A DNA stretch of 64,000 nt from Candidatus Eiseniibacteriota bacterium (GTDB lineage Bacteria; Eisenbacteria; RBG-16-71-46). Below the pieces are notes generated by a model that saw nothing but the letters and a program-made list of their open reading frames with translations, searched no databases and was not told the origin of the DNA. The stretch is taken from the NCBI GenBank assembly GCA_044222065.1, contig JBGAOA010000003.1:1-64000 (forward strand), read 5' to 3'. Positions 49,725 through 60,534 of this stretch are shown one piece after another (positions within the stretch are counted from its first letter, which is position 1; every line of letters begins with the position of its first letter). The translations under genes were made by a program, and so were the position numbers.

Positions 49725-51095
49725 ATGACCGACGACGCGACCGCACTCCGAATCCTCGTCGCCGACGACGACACCGACGTGCTCGCCGCGCTCCAACTGC
49801 TGCTCCGGGGCGAGGGCTGGCAGGTCGAGACCGCGACGTCGCCGGCGCTCGCGCTCGCGGCCCGCGAGTCCCGCGACTACGACGTCGCGCAGCTCGACCT
49901 GAAAAACGCGCGCGACACGACGACCGGGCAGGAGGGCCTGCAGCTCATCGAGCGGCTGCGCGCGCTCGACTCCACGCTGCCCGTGGTCGTGATGACCGCG
50001 TGGGGGAGCGTCGAGGGCGCGGTCGAGGCGGTGCGGCGCGGCGCGCGCGACTACGTGCAGAAGCCGTGGGACAACGCGCGCCTCGTGACGACGCTCCGCA
50101 GCCAGGCCGAACTCGGACAGGCGCTGCGCTCGGGGAGGCGGCTCGAATGGGAGAACCGCCTGCTGCGGCGCGACGGCGCTCCCGAGATGATCGCCGACGC
50201 TCCGGCGATGCGCGCGGTCCTCGACCTCGTGGCGCGCGTCGGGCCGTCCGACGCGCACGTGCTCGTCACCGGCGAGCACGGCACCGGCAAGGAGCTCGTC
50301 GCGCGGCTCCTGCACGCCGCCTCGCCGCGCGCGCACCGCCCGCTCGTCACCGTGAACATGGGCGGCCTGCCCGAGAGCGTGTTCGAGAGCGAGATGTTCG
50401 GTCACGTGAAGGGCGCCTTCACGGGCGCGAACGCCGATCGCGCGGGACGCTTCGAGCTCGCCGACGGCGGCACGCTGTTCCTGGACGAGATCGCGAACGT
50501 CCCGCTCGCCCAGCAGGCGAAGCTGCTGCGCGTGCTCCAGACCGGGGAGTTCGAGCGCGTCGGGTCGTCGCGCACGCGCCGCGTCGAAGTGCGCTTCATC
50601 TCGGCGACGAACGCCGACCTGCGCGAGGAAGCGCGGCTGGGGCGGTTCCGCGAGGACCTGCTGTTCCGCATCAACACGGTCGAGATCCACCTGCCGCCGC
50701 TGCGCGACCGGCGCGAGGACGTGCCCGGTCTCGCGCGCCACTTCCTGGATCTCCACGCGCGGCGCTACCGCAAGTCGCTCTCGGGATTCGACGCGGGCGC
50801 GATGGAGGCGCTGCTCCACCACCCGTGGCCGGGCAACGTGCGCGAGCTGGACCACGTGATCGAGCGCGCCGTGCTGCTCGCGCGCGGCACGGAACTCGGC
50901 GGCGCGGACCTCGGACTCAGGCCCGCGGGGGCCGGCGGCGCGGCCGCGCTCGAACAGCTCACGCTGGACGAGGCCGAGCGCGTGCTCATCCAGCGCGCGC
51001 TCCAGCGCGCGAGCGGCAACGTGAGCGACGCGGCGAAGCTGCTCGGGCTCTCGCGCAGCGCGCTCTACCGGCGGCTCGAGCGGCACGGGCTGTGA
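49725..51095 (+). CDS. sigma54-dependent NtrC-family response regulator
   Basis: Receiver [43 protein letters not shown]; Fis HTH. Confidence 0.95.
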   Translation: MTDDATALRILVADDDTDVLAALQLLLRGEGWQVETATSPALALAARESRDYDVAQLDLKNARDTTTGQEGLQLIERLRALDSTLPVVVMTAWGSVEGAVEAVRRGARDYVQKPWDNARLVTTLRSQAELGQALRSGRRLEWENRLLRRDGAPEMIADAPAMRAVLDLVARVGPSDAHVLVTGEHGTGKELVARLLHAASPRAHRPLVTVNMGGLPESVFESEMFGHVKGAFTGANADRAGRFELADGGTLFLDEIANVPLAQQAKLLRVLQTGEFERVGSSRTRRVEVRFISATNADLREEARLGRFREDLLFRINTVEIHLPPLRDRREDVPGLARHFLDLHARRYRKSLSGFDAGAMEALLHHPWPGNVRELDHVIERAVLLARGTELGGADLGLRPAGAGGAAALEQLTLDEAERVLIQRALQRASGNVSDAAKLLGLSRSALYRRLERHGL

Positions 51096-52447
51096 CGCCG
51101 AAGCGCGCGCGCCGCCGGAGCGGCCCCGTGCTCGAGGCGCGCCTCGCGCTCACGGCGATCGCGGGCGGCGTGCCGGCGCTCGCGCTCCTCGGCTGGGCGC
51201 TCGTGCGCGCGCGCGCCGACGGACTCGTCGTGGCGACCGCGTTCACGATCGCGGGCCTCGCGTGGCTCGCGGCGGCGATCGCGATCCACGAGCAGCTCGA
51301 GCGGCCGCTGCGCACGCTGTCGAACATGCTCGCCGCGATCCGCGAGGGCGACTACTCGATCCGCGCGCGCGGCGCCGATCCGCGCGGCGCGCTCGGGCTC
51401 GCGCTGCACGAAGTGAACGCGCTCGCGGACGGCCTGCGGCTGCACCGGCTCGAAGTCACCGAAGCGGCGGCGCTGCTGCGGCACGTCATGGACTCGATCG
51501 AGGTCGCGGTGCTGGCGTTCGACGACGCGCAGCGGCTGCGGCTCGTGAACCGCGAGGGCGAGGCGCTGCTCGGCCAGCCGGCCGAGCGCGCGCTCGGCGC
51601 GAGCGCCGCGGAACTCGGGCTCGGCGCCGCGCTCGAGGGCGACTCGCCCCGCATCGTGGAGCTGCCGGGCGCGGCGCGCGGCGGGCGCTACGAGCTGCGC
51701 CGCGGCGAGTACCGTCACGAGGGGCGGCCGCACGCGCTCGTCGTGCTGTCCGACGTCACGCGCGAGCTGCGCGCCGAGGAGCGCGCCGCGTGGCTGCGCC
51801 TCGTGCGCGTGCTGAGCCACGAGATCAACAACTCGCTCGCGCCGATCCAGTCCATCGCCGGCAGCGTCACCGCGCTGCTCTCGCGCCCGTCGCCCGACGC
51901 TGCTTCGCTCGCCGATGCGCGGCACGGCCTCGAGGTGGTGGAGGCGCGCGCGAAGAGCCTCGGCCGCTTCATGCACCACTACGCGCAGCTCGCGCGGCTC
52001 CCGGCGCCCGTGCTCGGCAGCGTGGACGTCGAGCCGTGGGTGCGGCGCGTCGCGGCGCTCGAGACGCGGCTCCCGGTCGCGGTCGAGGGCGGCCCGCGCG
52101 CCGTCGTGAGCGCCGACGGCGACCAGCTCGACGCGCTGCTCATCAATCTCGTGCGCAACGCGGCCGACGCCGCGCTCGAGACTTCGGGCGGCGTGCGCGT
52201 GCGCTGGCGGATCGACGCGGAATCGCTCGTGGTCGAGGTCGAAGACGACGGCGCCGGGCTCGCCGACACGGTCAACCTGTTCGTGCCGTTCTTCACGACC
52301 AAGCCCGACGGCTCGGGGATCGGCCTCGCCCTGTGCCGCCAGATCGCCGAGGCGCACGGCGGCCGGGTCGCGCTCGAGAACCGCCCGGGCGGCCGCGGCG
52401 CGCTCGCGACCGCACGCCTGCCGAGGCACGCCTCGACCGCGGGCTGA
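51092..52447 (+). CDS. Sensor histidine kinase (TM-HAMP-PAS-HisKA-HATPase)
   Basis: LSHEINNSL, NLVRNA, DDGAG, FFTTKPDGSGIGL; GTGA overlap. Confidence 0.93.
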   Translation: MTPKRARRRSGPVLEARLALTAIAGGVPALALLGWALVRARADGLVVATAFTIAGLAWLAAAIAIHEQLERPLRTLSNMLAAIREGDYSIRARGADPRGALGLALHEVNALADGLRLHRLEVTEAAALLRHVMDSIEVAVLAFDDAQRLRLVNREGEALLGQPAERALGASAAELGLGAALEGDSPRIVELPGAARGGRYELRRGEYRHEGRPHALVVLSDVTRELRAEERAAWLRLVRVLSHEINNSLAPIQSIAGSVTALLSRPSPDAASLADARHGLEVVEARAKSLGRFMHHYAQLARLPAPVLGSVDVEPWVRRVAALETRLPVAVEGGPRAVVSADGDQLDALLINLVRNAADAALETSGGVRVRWRIDAESLVVEVEDDGAGLADTVNLFVPFFTTKPDGSGIGLALCRQIAEAHGGRVALENRPGGRGALATARLPRHASTAG

Positions 52448-52553
52448 GCCGGGCCGGCCCGGGTCCGCGGCGCCACGTGTCCCCTCGCACGGCCCGATTG
52501 CGTTCGGGGAGGGGAAGCGCCGTTCCCGCCGCCCGTCCGTTTGCGAGGCCCTC

Positions 52554-54995
52554 ATGCTCCAACGCATCGCTCCGCGCCGCGCGCGTTCGCTGCCCGTCCT
52601 CGGTGGGGCAGCGTGGATCGCGCTGGCCCTCGTTTCCCCGGCGCGCGCGATCGAGACCGTGCGCCCCGACCTGTGGGTCGCGAACGGCTCCGTGCTCGCG
52701 ATGGCGCGCAGCGGGAACACACTGTTCCTCGGCGGCTCGTTCGACCACGTGGGGCCCGCGACCGGCTGCTTCGCGTGGGTGGACACGTCGAGCGGCGCGC
52801 CCACGACGCCGACGGACCGCGTGCTCGCGAACCTCGGCGCCGACTACGGCGTGCTCGCTATGACCGACGACGGCGCCGGCGGCTGGTATCTCGGCGGTCG
52901 CTTCTCGCACGCGGGAGGCGTCGCGCAGACGAACCTCACGCACCTGCTCGCGGGCGGCGCGCGCGATGCGTCGTTCAACGTGGCCGCGAACGGCATCGTG
53001 CGCGCGGTGAGGCGCGTCGGCACGACGCTCTACGTCGGCGGCGAGTTCACGACGCTCGGCGGGCTCGCGCGCAACCGGCTCGGCGCGATCGACCTGACGA
53101 CCGGCGCCGTGACGGCGTGGAACCCCGCTCCGAACGCGGTCGTGCGCGCGCTCGAGGCGGGCCCCGAGTACCTGTACGTCGGCGGCGACTTCACGTCGAT
53201 CGCGGGGCAGACGCGGCGCGCGCTCGTGGCGTTCTCGCTCGCGAGCGGCGCGCTCGCCGCCTGGAATCCGGGCTCGGACGGCCGCGTGTGGGCGCTGCAT
53301 CTCGCCGGGCCCACGCTGTACGCGGGCGGCGGCTTCGGATCGCTCGGGGGCGCGCTGCGCAACAACGTCGCGGCGGTGGACACGGGCACGGCGCTCGCGC
53401 TCGCGAGCTGGAACCCGAACGCGAACGGCAACGTGCTGTGTCTCTCGCGCGCCGGGACCACGCTGTACGCCGGCGGACAGTTCACCGCGATCGGCGGTGC
53501 GAGCCGCAACTACGTCGCGGCGCTCGACGCGGGGAACTTCGGCGCGGCGAAGCCATGGAACCCGTCGCCCGACGCGAGCGTGAACGCCGTTGCCGCGACG
53601 GCGACGCGCGTCGCCGTCGGCGGGTCTTTCTCGAGCGTGGGCGGCGGCACGGGACGCCGTTTCTTCGCCGCCTTCGACGCGGCGAGCGGCGCGGTGCTCG
53701 ACTGGGGCGGGGGCGCGGGCGCGACCGTGCACGCGATCACGGCGTCCGGCGGATCGTTCTTCGTGGGCGGCGACTTCCGCAGCCTCGGCGGCATGCTGCG
53801 CTCGCGACTCGCGAGCCTCGACCTCGTGAGCGGCGCCGCGACCGCGTGGAATCCCGGCGCGAACAACGCCGTACAGGCGCTGTGCGCCGCCGGCGACACG
53901 CTGTACGCCGGCGGCGCGTTCTCGACCACGGGCGCGCAGGCGCGCGCCTCGCTCGCGTCCTATCGCATCTCGACCGGCGCGCTCACGGCGTGGAATCCCG
54001 GCACGAACAGCATCGTGTACGCGCTGTCCGCGGGCGGCGACCGGCTGCACGTCGGCGGCGCGTTCACGACGATCGCGGGACAGCCGCGCAATCGCGCCGC
54101 CGCGTTCACGCGCTCGAGCGGCGCGCTCGAGGCGTTCGATCCGAACGCGAACGGCATCGTGTACGCGTTCGCCGACGCCGGCGGCGCGCTGTTCGTGGGC
54201 GGCGCGTTCACGACGCTCGGCGGCCAGCCGCGCAGCCGGCTCGCGCGCCTCGATCCCGCGACGGGCGGCTCGGCGCCGTGGGGCGCGACGCTGAACGGCG
54301 ACGTGTACGCGCTCGCGCGCAAGGGCGGCGTGCTCTACGCGGGCGGCGGGTTCACGTCGGTCAACACCACGTTCACGGGCTGCACGGCGGCGTTCGACAC
54401 GTCCGGCACGCCGCTGCCGTGGACGACGCTCGTCGGGAACACCGTGTACGCGGTCGCGAACGCGGGCGCGTCGCTCTACGCGGGCGGCGGCTTCACGAGC
54501 GCGAGCGGGGGACAGCAGCGCTTCTACCTCTGCGCCGCCGATGCCGCGGGCGGCGCGCTCCTCGGCTGGAATCCCGCGGCGGGCGCCGCGGTGCGCTGCC
54601 TCCTCGCGGAGCCCGGACGCGTGTGGGTCGGCGGCGACTTCCCGTACGTGTCGCTCGCGCCCCACAGCGGAATCGCCGAAATCGCCGACCCCTCGACCGC
54701 GGGGGTGGACGACGCGCCGCCGCTGCGGGCGCAGGCCCTCGCGCTCGCCGCGGCGCCGACGCCGGCGCGCGGCGCGACGACGCTGCGCTTCGCGCTGCCG
54801 GTCCCGGCGCGCGTGACGCTGCGCGTGTTCGACGTCGCGGGCCGCGAGGTCGCGCGCCCGCTCGACCGCGCGCCGCTCGCGGCCGGCGCGCACGCGGTGC
54901 CGCTCGCGCTGGCCGCGCTCCGCCCCGGGCTCTACGGGTGCGGGCTCGAGGCGGACGGAGCGCGCGGGGCCGCTCGACTCGTCGTCACGCGCTGA
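52554..54995 (+). CDS. Secreted beta-propeller repeat protein with FlgD/Por-tail-like C-terminus
   Basis: About a dozen ~52-aa repeats WNP.AN..V.A....G..LY.GG.FT...G..R; C-terminal PTPARG...VFDVAGREV. Confidence 0.85.
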   Translation: MLQRIAPRRARSLPVLGGAAWIALALVSPARAIETVRPDLWVANGSVLAMARSGNTLFLGGSFDHVGPATGCFAWVDTSSGAPTTPTDRVLANLGADYGVLAMTDDGAGGWYLGGRFSHAGGVAQTNLTHLLAGGARDASFNVAANGIVRAVRRVGTTLYVGGEFTTLGGLARNRLGAIDLTTGAVTAWNPAPNAVVRALEAGPEYLYVGGDFTSIAGQTRRALVAFSLASGALAAWNPGSDGRVWALHLAGPTLYAGGGFGSLGGALRNNVAAVDTGTALALASWNPNANGNVLCLSRAGTTLYAGGQFTAIGGASRNYVAALDAGNFGAAKPWNPSPDASVNAVAATATRVAVGGSFSSVGGGTGRRFFAAFDAASGAVLDWGGGAGATVHAITASGGSFFVGGDFRSLGGMLRSRLASLDLVSGAATAWNPGANNAVQALCAAGDTLYAGGAFSTTGAQARASLASYRISTGALTAWNPGTNSIVYALSAGGDRLHVGGAFTTIAGQPRNRAAAFTRSSGALEAFDPNANGIVYAFADAGGALFVGGAFTTLGGQPRSRLARLDPATGGSAPWGATLNGDVYALARKGGVLYAGGGFTSVNTTFTGCTAAFDTSGTPLPWTTLVGNTVYAVANAGASLYAGGGFTSASGGQQRFYLCAADAAGGALLGWNPAAGAAVRCLLAEPGRVWVGGDFPYVSLAPHSGIAEIADPSTAGVDDAPPLRAQALALAAAPTPARGATTLRFALPVPARVTLRVFDVAGREVARPLDRAPLAAGAHAVPLALAALRPGLYGCGLEADGARGAARLVVTR

Positions 54996-54997
54996 AG

Positions 54998-55034
54998 GCG
55001 CCGTCCCGTCGCGGGCCGCGCGACGGGACGGCGC
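54998..55034. terminator. Hairpin between convergent genes
   Basis: 16-bp stem gcgccgtcccgtcgcg / cgcgacgggacggcgc. Confidence 0.7.
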
Positions 55035-55040
55035 GCGCGG

Positions 55041-56381
55041 TCAGCGGGCCGCGCCCGTGAGGTCCGCGGGCAGGCGCGGCGAGGCGAGCAGCGTCTCGTA
55101 GAGCGACCAGCGCCGGTCGGGATGCGCCTCGTCGCCGCCGTTCGCCGCGAGCCAGTCGTTCACGATCTTGCGGCCGAGCCAGTAGTTCACGACGTACGTG
55201 CGGTAGCGCCCGGCGAAGCTCAGGTCCTTCTCGGCGCGCTCCTTCGTGCGCAGCCCGAGCGTCGTCGCGCGCTCGATCGCCTGCTCGCGCGTGAGGTGGC
55301 CGTCCAGCCACTGGCGCGCGTTCTCGGTGCCGAAGCCCGCGAGTCCCTCGAGAGCCTCGCGCACGCGCGCGTAGCGGTCGTACTCGCGCGGATCGAGCCC
55401 GGCGAGCGGGAACAGCGTGCCCTTCTCGAACGCCGTCCGCTCCTCGCCCGGGAACGCGATCTCGGGCGCGACCACCGCCGTGCCCTCGGCGATCAGCGAC
55501 TGCGGCGAATAGAGCGGATAGATCTGGAACTCGCGCCAGCCGCGCTCGCGCGCGAGCGCGCGCTCGAGCAGCAGGTTGTAGACGTGATGGCCGGGGTAGC
55601 CCTCGTGGCACGCGAGGTCGATCGCGCGGTCGATGTAGATCGGCAGGTCGGTGTTCACCTGGATCAGGCTGCGCGCGCCGCCCTGGTACCAGTTGTAGCC
55701 GCTCCACGGCTGGTCCTTCACGTACTCGACCGTGAACGTCTCGGAGTCGGGCAGCGCGAGGTGTGCCTTCGTGCGCCGGCGCGCCTCCGCGATCGCGGCG
55801 TCGAACACCGCCGCGAACTTCTTCGGCGGGATCACGAAGCGCCGGCGGTAGGCCTCGAGCCGCGCCGTGAGCGGACCCGGTCCGGGCAGCAGCGAGTCGA
55901 GCGCCGCGAGCGCGGGCGCGAGCGTCGAATCCTCGACGGGCGGCGCGACGACGTCCGACAGCGCCTTCGACTCCGCATCGAAGCCCGGCTTCTCACCCTC
56001 GAGCATGCGGGTGCGGAACGACAGCGCGGCGAGCTGCGCGCGCACGTAGCGGTGGCGGAGCGGCCACAGCGAGTCCGGGCTCGCGGCGGGCGCGCCCGCG
56101 AGTGCCCCCACGATCGAGTCCGCTTCGGCGCGGATGCGCGCGAGCGAGATCGAGTCGTGATCGGCCTCGACCTTCCACTCGGGCGGCCCGTAGTAGGCGT
56201 CCACGTAGTCCGGGTCGTGGCGCCCGAGCGCGAGCGCGAGCTTCACGTAGCGCTCGGCGGCGCGCTCGAGCACGGCGGGGTCGGGCGACTTCGCGGCGGG
56301 CGCGCAGCCAGCGAGCGCCCCGAACGCGATGAGGGCGATTGCGGCGAACGGGCGTCTCGAGGATCGGATCACGTCGGTCAT
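55041..56381 (-). CDS. Lipoprotein, DUF885-like putative metallopeptidase
   Basis: LAGC lipobox; VDAYYGP, WSGYNWYQG, ACHEGYPGHH, IAEG. Confidence 0.75.
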   Translation of the reverse strand: MTDVIRSSRRPFAAIALIAFGALAGCAPAAKSPDPAVLERAAERYVKLALALGRHDPDYVDAYYGPPEWKVEADHDSISLARIRAEADSIVGALAGAPAASPDSLWPLRHRYVRAQLAALSFRTRMLEGEKPGFDAESKALSDVVAPPVEDSTLAPALAALDSLLPGPGPLTARLEAYRRRFVIPPKKFAAVFDAAIAEARRRTKAHLALPDSETFTVEYVKDQPWSGYNWYQGGARSLIQVNTDLPIYIDRAIDLACHEGYPGHHVYNLLLERALARERGWREFQIYPLYSPQSLIAEGTAVVAPEIAFPGEERTAFEKGTLFPLAGLDPREYDRYARVREALEGLAGFGTENARQWLDGHLTREQAIERATTLGLRTKERAEKDLSFAGRYRTYVVNYWLGRKIVNDWLAANGGDEAHPDRRWSLYETLLASPRLPADLTGAAR

Positions 56382-56564
56382 GCGGGCTCCTTCGGTGGGA
56401 ATCGGGGCACGCTAGCACGGCGACGCGAAGCCGCGAGCGCTGCATACCCCGCGGCGTGACCACCGCCGGCGCCCGGCCGACGGGCGCGCGAGCCCGGGAG
56501 TCTCCGGCGCGTGCGGTATCCTGCGGCTCCCGAGCGTTCGCACGCACACACGACGAGGTCCGAC

Positions 56565-57071
56565 ATGTCGCACGAATACCAGGTGTTCCTCGACACCCTC
56601 GATGCGGAGGCGCCCCGCACGATCGCGCTGCTCAAGGCGCTGCCCGAGTCGCAGTACGACTTCCGTCCCGACCCGGCGCTGCGCTCCGTCGGCGAGCTGG
56701 CGTGGCACCTCGCCGAGATCGAGGCGCTGATGGCGCACGGCATCACGAAAGGCGCCTTCGCGCTCGGCGACCGTCCCGCGGGCAGCGAGCGTCCGCGCAC
56801 GATCGCGGAACTCGCGCCGGGCTTCGAGCGCGTGCACGCCGACGCGATGGCGAAACTGCGCGCGCTCGCCGGCCTCGACTTCGACCGACCGCTGACGTTC
56901 TTCGGCGGCCGCACGATGCCGATCCGCCGCATCCTGTGGGACGCGATGCTGCACCATCAGCTCCATCATCGCGGCCAGCTCGCGCTGCTCTGCCGGCTCG
57001 CGGGCGGCGTGCCGCCCGGGCTCTACGGCCCGACGCGCGAGGAGATGGCCGCGCTGCGCGCGAAGGGCTGA
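56565..57071 (+). CDS. DinB-family protein
   Basis: [26 protein letters not shown]. Confidence 0.9.
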   Translation: MSHEYQVFLDTLDAEAPRTIALLKALPESQYDFRPDPALRSVGELAWHLAEIEALMAHGITKGAFALGDRPAGSERPRTIAELAPGFERVHADAMAKLRALAGLDFDRPLTFFGGRTMPIRRILWDAMLHHQLHHRGQLALLCRLAGGVPPGLYGPTREEMAALRAKG

Positions 57072-57198
57072 TCCGATCGGCGCCGCCGCGCGCGGCGGTG
57101 GCCGTTCGCGCGCCCGCTGCACTATCCTGCCGGGCCATCGTCCGCGCCGCGGACGGTGGCCCTGCCGTTCGCGCGCACTCCACCGGGACCGACGCCGC

Positions 57199-58806
57199 AT
57201 GGAATTGATCGAGTCGCACCTCGACACGAAGAGCGAGGAGTTCCAGACCAACGCCGCGCACCACCGGGCGCTCGCCGCCGACCTCAAGGCGCGGCTCGCC
57301 GCGGTGAAGCAGGGCGGCGGCCCCGAGCTGGTGAAGCGCCACACCTCGCGCGGCAAGTTGTTCGTGCGCGAGCGCATCGAGCGCCTGCTCGATCCCGGCA
57401 CCGCGTTCCTCGAGCTGTCGCCGCTCGCCGCGAACGGGCTCTACGAGGGCGAGGCTCCGAGCGCCGGCATCGTCACCGGCATCGGCGTCGTGAAGGGCCG
57501 CACCGTGCTCGTCGTGGCGAACGACGCGACCGTGAAGGGCGGCAGCTACCTCCCGATGACCGTGAAGAAGCACGTGCGCGCTCAGGAGATCGCGCTCGAG
57601 AACCGGCTGCCGTGCGTGTACCTCGTGGACTCCGGCGGCGCGTTCCTGCCGCTCCAGGCCGACGTGTTCCCCGACCGCGACCACTTCGGGCGCATCTTCT
57701 ACAACCAGGCGCGCATGTCGGCGCAGGGCATCGCGCAGGTCGCGATCGTCATGGGCTCGTGCACCGCGGGCGGCGCGTACGTGCCGGCGATGAGCGACGA
57801 GGCCGTGATCGTGAAGAACCAGGGCACGATCTTCCTCGGCGGCCCGCCGCTCGTGAAGGCCGCGACGGGGGAAGAGGTGACGGCCGAGGAGCTGGGCGGC
57901 GGCGACGTGCACACGCGCATCTCGGGCGTGGCCGATCACCTCGCCGACGACGACGCGCACGCGCTCGAGATCGCGCGCGACATCATTTCGCACCTCGGCG
58001 CGGTGCCGCGCGCCGCACTCGACCTCGCCGCGCCCGAGCCGCCGAAGTACGACCCGGCCGAGATCTACGGCCTGCTGCCGACCGAGCTGCGCAAGCCGGT
58101 GGACATGCACGAACTGATCGCGCGGCTCGTGGACGGCTCGCGCTTCCACGAGTTCAAGGCGCGCTACGGCACGACGCTCGTCACCGGCTTCGCGCACCTG
58201 AACGGCGTGCCGGTCGCGATCCTCGCGAACCAGGGCGTGTTGTTCAGCGACAGCGCGCTCAAGGCGACGCACTTCATCGAACTCGCGAGCCAGCGCGGCA
58301 CGCCGCTCCTGTTCCTGCAGAACGTCAGCGGCTACATCGTCGGCAAGCAGTACGAGCACGGCGGGATCGCGAAGGACGGCGCGAAGATGGTGCACGCGGT
58401 CGCGAACGCGCCGGTGCCGAAGCTCACGGTGATCGTCGGCGGCAGCTTCGGCGCCGGCAACTACGGCATGTGCGGGCGCGCCTACCAGCCGCGCTTCCTC
58501 TTCATGTGGCCCGGCAGCCGCATCAGCGTGATGGGCGGCGAGCAGGCCGCGAGCGTGCTCGCGCAGGTGAAGTCGGCGCAGCTCGAGGCGGCGGGGAAGT
58601 CGCTCTCGGCCGACGAGGAGCGCGCGATCAAGCAGCCCGTGCTCGAGAAGTACGAGACCGAGGGCAGCCCGTACTACTCGACCGCGCGCCTCTGGGACGA
58701 CGGCGTGATCGATCCGGCCGAGACGCGCACGGTGCTGTCGCTCGCGCTCGCCGCGGCGCTCAACGCGCCGATCCCGCCCGCGAAGTTCGGCGTGTTCCGG
58801 ATGTAG
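57199..58806 (+). CDS. Methylcrotonyl-CoA carboxylase beta (carboxyltransferase) subunit
   Basis: [62 protein letters not shown]. Confidence 0.92.
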   Translation: MELIESHLDTKSEEFQTNAAHHRALAADLKARLAAVKQGGGPELVKRHTSRGKLFVRERIERLLDPGTAFLELSPLAANGLYEGEAPSAGIVTGIGVVKGRTVLVVANDATVKGGSYLPMTVKKHVRAQEIALENRLPCVYLVDSGGAFLPLQADVFPDRDHFGRIFYNQARMSAQGIAQVAIVMGSCTAGGAYVPAMSDEAVIVKNQGTIFLGGPPLVKAATGEEVTAEELGGGDVHTRISGVADHLADDDAHALEIARDIISHLGAVPRAALDLAAPEPPKYDPAEIYGLLPTELRKPVDMHELIARLVDGSRFHEFKARYGTTLVTGFAHLNGVPVAILANQGVLFSDSALKATHFIELASQRGTPLLFLQNVSGYIVGKQYEHGGIAKDGAKMVHAVANAPVPKLTVIVGGSFGAGNYGMCGRAYQPRFLFMWPGSRISVMGGEQAASVLAQVKSAQLEAAGKSLSADEERAIKQPVLEKYETEGSPYYSTARLWDDGVIDPAETRTVLSLALAAALNAPIPPAKFGVFRM

Positions 58807-58817
58807 GAGGGGGGAAC

Positions 58818-59627
58818 GTGCGCGCGATCGAAACGCGGACGATCCAGAGCTGGTCCCACCTGCAGGACGAGCTGTTCCTCGACGCGCTGGACCAGCGACT
58901 GGACCGCTTCCGTTCGCCGTTCCTGTTCCGCGGCATGGATCGCGCGACGTGGAACCTCGCGACGACGCTCATGCGGCTCGGCGGCGAATTCGCGCGGCTC
59001 GAGCGTCCGATGCTGCGCAACTTCCGAAAGTACGCGCCCAACGCCGTCGTCGAGCAGGACACGGTGTGGAACTGGCTCGCGCTGGCACAGCACCACGGAC
59101 TTCCCACGCGGCTCCTCGACTGGACGTTCTCGCCGCTCGTCGCCGTGCACTTCGCCGTGTGGAAGGACGAGCACATGAAGGAGCCCGGCGCGATCTGGAT
59201 GGTCGACTCCTGGGACGTGCGTCGGTACTACCCGGAACGAGTCGAGAAGGTGGCGCGTCGCGAGTACGCGGCCGGACTGGACGTCCACATGCTCTCGGAG
59301 GTGTTCCAGTCGCTCGACCAGCTCGACGAGTTCGGCGACCCGCCGATCGCTCTGTTCTTCGAGCCGCCCTCGATCGACGACCGCATCGCGAATCAGGCCG
59401 GAGTGCTCTCGGTGCTGTCGGACCCGGGGATCGCGATGGACGACTGGCTCGTCACGCGTGACGTGCGAACGATCAAGCTCGTGATCCCGCCCGAGCGGAA
59501 GTGGGAGATCCGCGACAAGCTCGACCACTGCAACATCAACGAGCGGGTGCTGTTCCCGGGGCTCGACGGCCTCAGTCAGTGGCTGAAGCGCTACTACAGC
59601 CCGGGTGCTGGGCGGGGAAAGCCGTGA
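58818..59627 (+). CDS. FRG domain protein
   Basis: FLFRGM, LAQHHGLPTRLLDWTFSPLVA, RIANQAG, LFPGLDG. Confidence 0.92.
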   Translation: MRAIETRTIQSWSHLQDELFLDALDQRLDRFRSPFLFRGMDRATWNLATTLMRLGGEFARLERPMLRNFRKYAPNAVVEQDTVWNWLALAQHHGLPTRLLDWTFSPLVAVHFAVWKDEHMKEPGAIWMVDSWDVRRYYPERVEKVARREYAAGLDVHMLSEVFQSLDQLDEFGDPPIALFFEPPSIDDRIANQAGVLSVLSDPGIAMDDWLVTRDVRTIKLVIPPERKWEIRDKLDHCNINERVLFPGLDGLSQWLKRYYSPGAGRGKP

Positions 59628-59804
59628 GCCCTGCGCCGCAAGGCGCCTTGTAACTCCTTCCGCGCCGGCCGCCCGATTCCACAATCCACACGCCGCGCCT
59701 CGCCGGCCGGCCCGCGAAGCCGTTGCGCCGCACCGTGCCGCTTCCCGGCACGCCGCTCGCTGGCCTTGGACTCCGGCTCCCAACGGCCGCGAGAGGAGGT
59801 CCCG

Positions 59805-60374
59805 ATGACCGCGTTCACGATCCCACCCGGAGTCCGCTTCGTCCGCCGCGTGCTGGCCGGCGGCCTCGTGCTCCTGATCGCGCTGCTCGTCGGCGTCGCG
59901 ATCGCGCGCGCCGGCGAGATCGTCCCGTCGGTCGGGCTCACGCGCCCGGTGCACGGCGACGAGACCAAGACGTACGTCGGACTCGCGCTGCGCGGAAACC
60001 TCGTGCCGGTCGTGCAGACCGAGGTCGCGATCGCGCTCCGGGGCGAGGATCGCTTCGGCGACGCGGGCTCGGTGAAGCTGTGGCCCGTCACGGCGTCGCT
60101 GTGGCTGACGCCGGTGCCGACGCTCTACGCAGGCGCAGGCGTGGGCTGGTATCACACGACGGTCGAGTCCCCGCTGCCCGGCGGCTCGAGCTCGACCGAC
60201 GAGCAGTTCGGCGTCCACGTCGGCGGCGGCTTCAAGGTGCCGGTCGCGCCCGCGGCGGCGATCGACCTCGGCGGGCGCTACGTGATGATGCGCGAGCAGT
60301 CGGCGCGCCTCGTGCCCGAGCGCTTCGACCCCGACTTCTGGACTCTGTCCGCAGGCCTCGCGGTGCGCTTCTAG
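59805..60374 (+). CDS. Outer-membrane beta-barrel protein (OmpW/OmpA-like)
   Basis: YAGAGVGWY, FGVHVGGG, terminal Phe (AVRF). Confidence 0.8.
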   Translation: MTAFTIPPGVRFVRRVLAGGLVLLIALLVGVAIARAGEIVPSVGLTRPVHGDETKTYVGLALRGNLVPVVQTEVAIALRGEDRFGDAGSVKLWPVTASLWLTPVPTLYAGAGVGWYHTTVESPLPGGSSSTDEQFGVHVGGGFKVPVAPAAAIDLGGRYVMMREQSARLVPERFDPDFWTLSAGLAVRF

Positions 60375-60399
60375 TCGCCCCTTCCCCCGACGCACCGCC

Positions 60400-60439
60400 G
60401 CGCGCCGCCCTTCAGTGACCGGGGGCGGCGCGCCCTTTT
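60400..60439 (+). terminator. Intrinsic terminator
   Basis: gcgcgccgccc / gggcggcgcgc hairpin followed by cctttt. Confidence 0.6.
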
Positions 60440-60470
60440 GGCCCCCGCGACGCCCGGCCGAAATTCCCTC

Positions 60471-60515
60471 TTGACGAAGTTTGACCCGAGGTTCAAATTT
60501 CGACGCGACGTTCAA
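60471..60515 (+). promoter_or_regulatory. Promoter overlapped by two candidate TetR operators
   Basis: TTGACG-N17-CAAATT; T(T/C)GAC-N5-GTTCAA at 60481-60496 and 60500-60515. Confidence 0.6.
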
Positions 60516-60534
60516 GTTCGTCCGGAGGTTCGTC

